Assembly: GCA_965223265.1 (NCBI GenBank)
Contig: OZ244999.1
Span: 2,080,001 to 2,144,000 of the forward strand
Reading direction: 5' to 3'
Source: Planctomycetota bacterium
GTDB taxonomy: Bacteria > Planctomycetota > UBA8108 > SXIK01
DNA length: 64,000 bases
Made by a program: the position numbers and the translations under genes. A model generated the notes under the pieces. The model saw only the letters and a list, made by a program, of their open reading frames with translations, was not told where the DNA came from and made no database searches. Below are positions 57,750 to 64,000 of the stretch, piece by piece (positions within the stretch are counted from its first letter, which is position 1; each line of letters begins with the position of its first letter).

Positions 57750-58907
57750 ATCGCGAGAACTTCGACAAAGTCCCGACGCTCGTCGAGGCGGCTCTCACTT
57801 GGCGAGCCCCCGAAGGCGGTTCAATGGATCGGCCAGGTGGGCGGGTACCTGTCGCTGACCGAGCAGACACTGCTGCCGGCGCGACTGCGTCGAATGCGCA
57901 TCACCGACGCGCGCGCGCTTTGGGACGCAATCGTCCGGCTTGACGTGCGTGGTGCACCGGCGATCGGTGTTGCCGCGGCCTACGGCGTTGTGCTGGGGGT
58001 GAGAGATTCCAAAGCGCGATCTCCGCGGGCGCTGTCGACGGGTCTGCAGCGCACTGTTGACTACTTGGCCTCGTCGCGGCCAACCGCTGTGAATCTCTTC
58101 TGGGCCTTGGACCGCATGGCCGCGCACGGTCGGCGGCTGCTCGAGGGCGAGTCGACAGTTTGGAATCCGCGCCACCAGCCCGCGACGAACGTGCGGCGCT
58201 TTGCGGCTCACCTCCTCGACGAGGCGAAAGCGATTCACGACGAGGACGAAAAGCTCTGCGAGGCGATCGGAAAGAATGGCGTCAAGCTGCTCAGGCACGG
58301 CTGGAGCGTGTTGACCCACTGTAACGCTGGAGCGCTCGCAACCGGGGGCAGTGGGACAGCATTGGCGGTCGTGTACGCCGCTGCCAAGGCAGGAAAAACG
58401 GTACGGGTCTTCGCCGACGAAACTCGGCCACTTCTGCAGGGGGCGCGTCTGACCGCATGGGAGCTGCAGCAAGCTGGTGTCGAAGTGACGGTGCTGTGCG
58501 ACAATGCGGCAGCTTCGCTCATGCGATCGGGGGCGATCGACTGTGTGATCACGGGCGCCGACCGTATCGCCGCCAACGGTGACGTCGCCAACAAGATCGG
58601 CACCTACGGCGTCGCCATCCTGGCGCGCGAACATGGGATACCGTTCTACGTCGCTGCTCCCAGCACGACGTTCGACCTCACGCTTCGCAGCGGAGAGTTG
58701 ATTCCGATCGAGCAGCGCTCGCGCGAGGAGGTCGCGGCGGGGTTCGGCCAGCGGACGGTACCGCGCGGTGTCGGTGTTTACAATCCGGCGTTCGACGTGA
58801 CACCCGCCAAGTTCATCTCCGGCCTCATTACGGAAGTCGGGATCATCCGCCCGCCGTTTCGCCGTGGGATAGCTGCCAACATCGCCCCTCAACTTGCCGA
58901 CGTTTGA
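57747..58907 (+). CDS. mtnA: S-methyl-5-thioribose-1-phosphate isomerase
   Basis: EQT.LP, VRGAPAIG..AA, RPTAVNL.WA, LTHCNAG.LAT, DETRP.LQGARLTAWEL, GADRIA.NGD.ANKIGTY, NPAFDVTP; start uncertain. Confidence 0.95.
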   Translation: MIARTSTKSRRSSRRLSLGEPPKAVQWIGQVGGYLSLTEQTLLPARLRRMRITDARALWDAIVRLDVRGAPAIGVAAAYGVVLGVRDSKARSPRALSTGLQRTVDYLASSRPTAVNLFWALDRMAAHGRRLLEGESTVWNPRHQPATNVRRFAAHLLDEAKAIHDEDEKLCEAIGKNGVKLLRHGWSVLTHCNAGALATGGSGTALAVVYAAAKAGKTVRVFADETRPLLQGARLTAWELQQAGVEVTVLCDNAAASLMRSGAIDCVITGADRIAANGDVANKIGTYGVAILAREHGIPFYVAAPSTTFDLTLRSGELIPIEQRSREEVAAGFGQRTVPRGVGVYNPAFDVTPAKFISGLITEVGIIRPPFRRGIAANIAPQLADV

Positions 58908-59037
58908 CCCCGGCCGGCACCTGTAAGAGAGTGACAGCGAGAAACGCCTTCGCTCCGCCTTCTTAGCCGGCGCTGACGTGTCGCTACCGGCTTCGAATGC
59001 GGTTTGGCGCTTTCACGTCGAAGTCTGTGGGTTCGGT

Positions 59038-61425
59038 CTATCGACGGGAGTATCGAAGCCAACCATCGATTTCGAGTGGCAATGCGTGGGACGTCGCCAA
59101 GACGCGGATGCGGCGACGCTGACAAACCCTGCGAAACTCGGAGCTGACTTCGATCGGACCGTCGAGCAGCACAATTGCGTCTGGTGTCATGCGGTCAAGA
59201 AGGAGAACGTGACTGTCTTTTGAGCAGAAATCTGGGAGCGCGAGGAGGACCGACGTCGCGGCGAACTCGGAGCGCGCGAGTTGTGCGGCAAGCCCTTTGG
59301 AAATTGCACCGTCGAGGTAAACGATTCCGAGCGATTCGAACGAGAGTAGGATCGTCGACTCCTGACGAGAGAGGCTTCTTTCCCGTGGCAGATGGGCGAC
59401 CACCAGCGGGGAAGACTCGTCGCTGTGTCGCCAGGAGACGCCACGACGGATCGACTGTACGGACACCCCGCGCCGCCGGAGTTGCTCGACGCTGCGCCTG
59501 TGCGTCCGTGTGGGACGCGCCGGGACCCATACCGCGTCGATCGCGACGACTCTCGACAACTGGGCGATGTTGCTCGCCGCGGTGGCGTTGAGTCGACGCA
59601 GCACGATTGCATCGAGTCGAGTCCTGCCGCTGCGAGCCATTTGCTGCGCGGGCTGGCTGACGTCGAACTGAACTTGGTTCAGCGTCCCATTGTCCAGTAG
59701 CAGCGTGAGGTCGGGCGTCGCCAGGAGTGTCGCGCTCGCCTGACCGCGCTGTATGGTGTCGAGGTTGACGTGAGGCGGTCTTCCGATCCACCCGCTGACT
59801 CCTAGACCCGCGGCGAAGATCGCGGCGGCGGCCAAAGCGAAGCGCGGCCGAGTGCAGAAGCTCAGCGCCAGGCAGAGGTAGAAGGCGGACACGACCGTGG
59901 CTCGCGGCGGCGGTAGGAAGAGAGTGCTTCCCGGCACCTCGCGTGCGAGGGTCAGAGCGTCGACGAGCGTTGCCACGAGGAATTCGACAAGGTCCGCCAC
60001 GGGCGCGGCGAGCGACGGATGGACCGCTCCGAGGAGCAGCCCAGCGAGACTAGCGGCGAGTGTGATGACGGTGAACGGGTATGCGAGGATGTTCCACAGC
60101 GGAGCGAGCGGATGCAGGCGCTGGAAATGGTGCAACAGAAGCGGCGCTGTTCCGAGGAGCGCCGCTATCGACACCGCGGCGAGACTCCAGAGCGCGCGGT
60201 GCGCTGCCACGACCGTCGCGACGGGCCAAGCGGCAGCGGCAGCACGCCGGTGCTGGGCGCGGCGGCGCGAGCCATCGGCGCGGAGAACTCGCGCTGGCGT
60301 GACATCACGAAGGCGGCGTCCCCAGGTGACGATCGTGAGCGCGGCTGCGAAGGAGAGCTGGAAGCCGACGTCGAATAGCAGTAGAGGGTTCCACGCCAGA
60401 AGTGCGACCGCACTCCAGCCGAGCACGTTGAGCGACGACGGGGAACGACCGGCGCTGCGGGCGAGGAGGTCACCAAGAAACAGCAGCGTGGCGCGGAGCA
60501 CCGGCGGTTGACACCCGGTCACCAGAGCGAAAGCGACCAGGAAGGCCGTGCGTCCTGGCGTTTGAAGATGCTTCGGTAGCGGGATCCGGAGCACGACCAA
60601 CATGAGAAAGCCAACATGCAGGCCGCTGATGGCCAGGAAGTGAAAGGTGCCCGTGTCGCGAAGCGCAAGTCGTGAGTCGCGGTGCAGGAGGCGGCGATCA
60701 CCGAGGAGTAGAGAGAGCACGTAGCCGCGCGTCTGGTCGTCGTGGTACACCTCGGCTGTGAGCTGGTAGAGAACTTCGCGCAGAGAACCCAGCAGGCGTG
60801 GCCAGCGAGAGCCGTCTTCGGGGCCGACCTCGACGTTCTCGAGGTGATCGACGCGGATGGTGGCGGTCGCGCGTGCGTGCGTGGTGAGCGAGCGGACGGC
60901 CTTGACGTAGACGCCTCGCACAGTGATGCGGTCGCCGCCCCTGATATCGGCCAGCGGCACACTCGCGACGATACGAATGACTGCGGGGAAGGATGGCGCG
61001 TGGAGGTCGAATGAGCTCGACCAGCGTCCGGGTTGGGCACCATACGTGCGGGTTACGCACGGGCGGATCACCGTTCCGGAGACGGACACCGGTGCACCGT
61101 CTTCCGGCTCGACAAACGCGGCGAGTTTTGCGGAGTTCGCTGCGTAACGCTGCGTCCCAGTGAGAACAAGGAGAGCAAGGACGGTCAAGCGGCGACGTAT
61201 CGTCCAGACGGAAGAGATGCGACGCGGCCGGCGAAATCCTTTAGCGGCCACCGCCCCGATCGCACCGACGGCTAGGACCAGCGCTGCGGGGAGAACACCG
61301 GCACGCACTGCGACTCCGGCACCCAGAGCGGCGGCCGCATAGAGTCCGAATGCCGTCTGCAGGGATGAGGCCCTGTCGACGTGACCGGGGCCGCTGCGGC
61401 CGTCCGAGAAGCTGTTCCCTCCCAC
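59038..61425 (-). CDS. comEC: ComEC/Rec2 family competence protein with degenerate metallo-beta-lactamase tail
   Basis: OB-like region GD.I...G; competence domain SLLLGD, G..H.LAISGLHVG, P.V.RA, NP..LFDVGFQLSF.A, P....HF, N..A.P. Tail GQ..A.L, LLLD.G lacks HxHxDH. Confidence 0.85.
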   Translation of the reverse strand: MGGNSFSDGRSGPGHVDRASSLQTAFGLYAAAALGAGVAVRAGVLPAALVLAVGAIGAVAAKGFRRPRRISSVWTIRRRLTVLALLVLTGTQRYAANSAKLAAFVEPEDGAPVSVSGTVIRPCVTRTYGAQPGRWSSSFDLHAPSFPAVIRIVASVPLADIRGGDRITVRGVYVKAVRSLTTHARATATIRVDHLENVEVGPEDGSRWPRLLGSLREVLYQLTAEVYHDDQTRGYVLSLLLGDRRLLHRDSRLALRDTGTFHFLAISGLHVGFLMLVVLRIPLPKHLQTPGRTAFLVAFALVTGCQPPVLRATLLFLGDLLARSAGRSPSSLNVLGWSAVALLAWNPLLLFDVGFQLSFAAALTIVTWGRRLRDVTPARVLRADGSRRRAQHRRAAAAAWPVATVVAAHRALWSLAAVSIAALLGTAPLLLHHFQRLHPLAPLWNILAYPFTVITLAASLAGLLLGAVHPSLAAPVADLVEFLVATLVDALTLAREVPGSTLFLPPPRATVVSAFYLCLALSFCTRPRFALAAAAIFAAGLGVSGWIGRPPHVNLDTIQRGQASATLLATPDLTLLLDNGTLNQVQFDVSQPAQQMARSGRTRLDAIVLRRLNATAASNIAQLSRVVAIDAVWVPARPTRTHRRSVEQLRRRGVSVQSIRRGVSWRHSDESSPLVVAHLPRERSLSRQESTILLSFESLGIVYLDGAISKGLAAQLARSEFAATSVLLALPDFCSKDSHVLLLDRMTPDAIVLLDGPIEVSSEFRRVCQRRRIRVLATSHALPLEIDGWLRYSRR

Positions 61426-61689
61426 GATCGTGCCCTCGAAGTCATAACTTGCCGGGAGCTGCCGTTGTCAGCGATCTGCCGCTGCTTCTCTGCTGCGGCA
61501 TCGATGCAGCCTTTTGGCGTCGCGATGCGTCACCGACCCTTGGCGACTGTCCGCGCCCTGGCCGTTCTTTAAAGATATAAATGTCCTAAAGGAAAAGTCA
61601 AATGTTTCGAATAACCGCTCCCGGACGGTCGTCTCAGAGGGCAAACGGGCGTCAAATTCCCAACTCGACCGCCAACAGGAGGACCCTTC

Positions 61690-62091
61690 ATGAAAGCGAA
61701 AACGACCATTGTTGCTGCGCTGTTGGCCTTGGGGCTTTGTGGCGCGTCCCAGACGGCATACGCCGGCGACTGGGGATTCGGTTTCGGTTTCGGATCGCAC
61801 GGCGGCCATTTCCGCGTTGGCTACCGCGATCACGGCCACCGCCACCACTACCGACGTAGCCACCGCCGTTATCACCGTCGCCATCATCACCGTCGACACC
61901 ACCACCACCACGTCCACTCGCGGTACCCGGTCTACCATAAGGTGTGGGTCGCCCCGGTCTACCGTACGATTGTCGTCGGCTACGACCGCTGCGGCGCGCC
62001 GATCTACGACCGTGTCGTGACTCGCGAGGGGTACTACCGCCGGACGATCTCGCACTACTCATGTCGCAGCTGTGGTGTGCGGCTGCACTGA
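61690..62091 (+). CDS. Small secreted His/Arg-rich protein
   Basis: GGAGG RBS; signal peptide ending TAYA; GFGFGFG; poly-His/Arg tract; WVAPVY...EGYY; C-terminal CRSC; own terminator. Confidence 0.8.
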   Translation: MKAKTTIVAALLALGLCGASQTAYAGDWGFGFGFGSHGGHFRVGYRDHGHRHHYRRSHRRYHRRHHHRRHHHHHVHSRYPVYHKVWVAPVYRTIVVGYDRCGAPIYDRVVTREGYYRRTISHYSCRSCGVRLH

Positions 62092-62123
62092 AGCCGCAGA
62101 CTCCCGCCGCGCCGTTCACGGCC

Positions 62124-62173
62124 AAAAGAAAACCGGAGCCAGGTCCTGTGACCGGGCTCCGGTTTTCTTTTTT
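62124..62173 (+). terminator. Rho-independent (potentially bidirectional) terminator
   Basis: AAAAGAAAACCGGAGCC...GGCTCCGGTTTTCTTTTTT. Confidence 0.9.
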
Positions 62174-62434
62174 CGAGCGCCGTCACGACCTCGCGTTGAC
62201 GTGCTACAGCGTCGCCGCCGGCTGTCTCGAGTCGACCGCAGACGCTCGCACCTCGCACGGCCCTGTTCCGGAGGCTTCTCGCTTGCTTCGTCTGGGTCGG
62301 CGTGGGTACAACTCGTAGATGAGTCGACGAGATGAGCTGCGCTCGACCCGGCTTCCTTCGGGCCGTAGCAACACATCAACCGCAGGAGACAGCGGCAAGG
62401 ATCGAGGCGCGAGGTGAAGCAGAGAGCCAGGGGT

Positions 62435-63391
62435 ATGACGAAAGTTGCGGTCGGGTGGGTGGTGGCATTGGCCGTCTTCCAAGCGTCGACGTTGTCGCTG
62501 ACTGGCTGCTCGACAGCCCGCCGCGGACCGCGTGAGAAGGAAGTCGCCAACTATACGGTCACCGTTGACGATCCCTCTCAAAAGGATCCGGCGGCGACAT
62601 GGGTCGAGTACGTCGACGAGCGAATCTTTGGATCGCCGTCGCCGGCCGCTGGCAGCGCGGGCGCGACCGCGGGAGAAGGAGCCCAACCAGCATCCTCCGC
62701 GGACGAAGCGGCGCAGAAGGCGGAGTCTGCCCCGACACTCTTCCGACAGGGAAGGCAGGCCGCCGCCTCAGCCCGCTACGCGGAAGCGCTGCGTCTGTTT
62801 GCGCGTGGAGCCGCAGTCGCGTCGCCCGAGCAGCGCTGGATTTTCGAGCGCGCCTCCGCCGACCTCGAGCTGGGAATGTGGTTCTGCGTTGCCGCGAGAG
62901 CTCGCTACCAACACCTTCTTCGCACGCTGCCGCGGTCGCTACACCTCGCCTTACGCTGCAATCTCGCGGTCGCCCACCTCCGACTCGAAGAGTGGGACGA
63001 GGCGGAGCGAGAGATCGACGCGGCTCTATCCATCGACGCCGATTTTCCTGAGGCGATCAAGACTAAGGGGTTGATCGCGATCGGCCGCGGTGACGTGGCG
63101 AGCGGTGAACGTCTCCTTCGCGAAGCGGTCTCGGCGAAGCGGGAGATTCCCGAGGCGCAGATCGCACTGGCAGAAATCGACGCGGCGGCGGGCGACGTCG
63201 CATCCGCCGCGGCGCGGTACCGATACGTGCTCCAGCGGTATCGCGAACATGAGGCCACCGATGTCAGCGGGCGATGGCACTTCCTTTTTGGGCCGAAAAA
63301 ATCGACGATACGTGAACTTAAGGAGCGCATCGCCCGACTCATCGAAGAGGCGGAGCGTTCGGCGCCCGCCCAGCGTGGCGAGAATCCGTGA
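62435..63391 (+). CDS. Tetratricopeptide-repeat lipoprotein
   Basis: Lipobox LSLTGC; TPR-like helices NLAVAHL..EEWDEA....AL..D..FPEA....G and A..ALA......G....A...Y. Start ATG 62435 or GTG 62414. Confidence 0.78.
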   Translation: MTKVAVGWVVALAVFQASTLSLTGCSTARRGPREKEVANYTVTVDDPSQKDPAATWVEYVDERIFGSPSPAAGSAGATAGEGAQPASSADEAAQKAESAPTLFRQGRQAAASARYAEALRLFARGAAVASPEQRWIFERASADLELGMWFCVAARARYQHLLRTLPRSLHLALRCNLAVAHLRLEEWDEAEREIDAALSIDADFPEAIKTKGLIAIGRGDVASGERLLREAVSAKREIPEAQIALAEIDAAAGDVASAAARYRYVLQRYREHEATDVSGRWHFLFGPKKSTIRELKERIARLIEEAERSAPAQRGENP

Positions 63392-63469
63392 AACACACGC
63401 CGCTCAGCGGCGTCTCATCAGCGAGACGTCGGTAACAGACGACTCAAAACCTAAACGAGAACGCAAAAG

Positions 63470-64000
63470 ATGAGCAACCCGCAAGAGCACGTCGTCATTC
63501 GTTCGTGGCCGAAAGTGATCTTTCTCTACCCGGTCATGTTGGCGAGTTTCGTCTGCGGTATTTGGCAGAGTCTTGTCGACGACGGCATCGGTAGCGATGC
63601 GGCAGCGACGTGCGGCGCACTTTTCGTCGTCGTACTCTGCGTGAACGTTCTCGTCATTTCGTTCGAATTCTCGCGCTTCAAAACCATCGCGATCGTCGGG
63701 TTCATTGTTGCGGGGTTCTTTCTCCTCCTCTATCTGAACACACGGTGGGAGGTGTTCCCGTTTCTGCGCGACATCTTTCACAACTTCGATCTGCGTGCGA
63801 CGGAGTGGTTCTACTTTACTGTTGGCGGTTATCTGGCGATCGTCTTCGGATTCGTCTTCCTCACGACACGCTTTGACTATTGGGTGATTAAGTCGAACGA
63901 GATCCTACACAAGGAAGGTTTCCTCGGGGACGTGCGCCGTTTTCCGTCGCCGAACCTAAAGATGACCAAGGAGATCCGTGACGTCTTCGAGTTCATTCTC
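63470..64000 (+). CDS. Hypothetical membrane protein (3'-truncated at window edge)
   Basis: Open frame from ATG 63470 to the end: MSNPQEHVVIRSWPKVIFLYPV..., four hydrophobic segments, then FDYWVIKSNEILHKEGFLGDVRRFPSPNL. Confidence 0.75.
   Translation, partial: MSNPQEHVVIRSWPKVIFLYPVMLASFVCGIWQSLVDDGIGSDAAATCGALFVVVLCVNVLVISFEFSRFKTIAIVGFIVAGFFLLLYLNTRWEVFPFLRDIFHNFDLRATEWFYFTVGGYLAIVFGFVFLTTRFDYWVIKSNEILHKEGFLGDVRRFPSPNLKMTKEIRDVFEFIL

Overview
GC-rich bacterial chromosomal segment, most likely from a Planctomycetota-type organism (inferred from FRRGDxNxDG dockerin tails, a Planctomycete-like GTAG REP and gene style). Positions 1-17 kb hold five dockerin-bearing, Cys-rich, mostly signal-peptide-bearing proteins: a 5'-truncated large protein, two dockerin-DUF1566 paralogs, a dikinase-like protein with the His-before-ATP-grasp order of glucan,water dikinases, and a scaffoldin-shaped protein with six tandem ~151-aa repeats I cannot assign. 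These are interleaved with dsbD, trxA, an IscU-like gene and tyrS. Next comes a cysteinyl-tRNA synthetase paralog that keeps its Zn/Cys site but has lost HIGH, KMSKS and the anticodon domain. A ~22 kb respiratory block follows: nqrABCDEF-apbE-nqrM on the minus strand, diverging from a small RHH-like gene plus nadA, then an 11-subunit complex I (nuoABCDHIJKLMN, no nuoEFG). The remainder is mostly housekeeping (thiolase, fadJ, Ser/Thr kinase, aroA, mnmG, Nudix, der, ruvC, purC, purE, mtnA, comEC), with a 159-bp palindromic MITE and a solo copy of its end. No rRNA, tRNA, CRISPR array, transposase or reverse transcriptase was recognised. All assignments come from motif recognition by eye; no searches were run.
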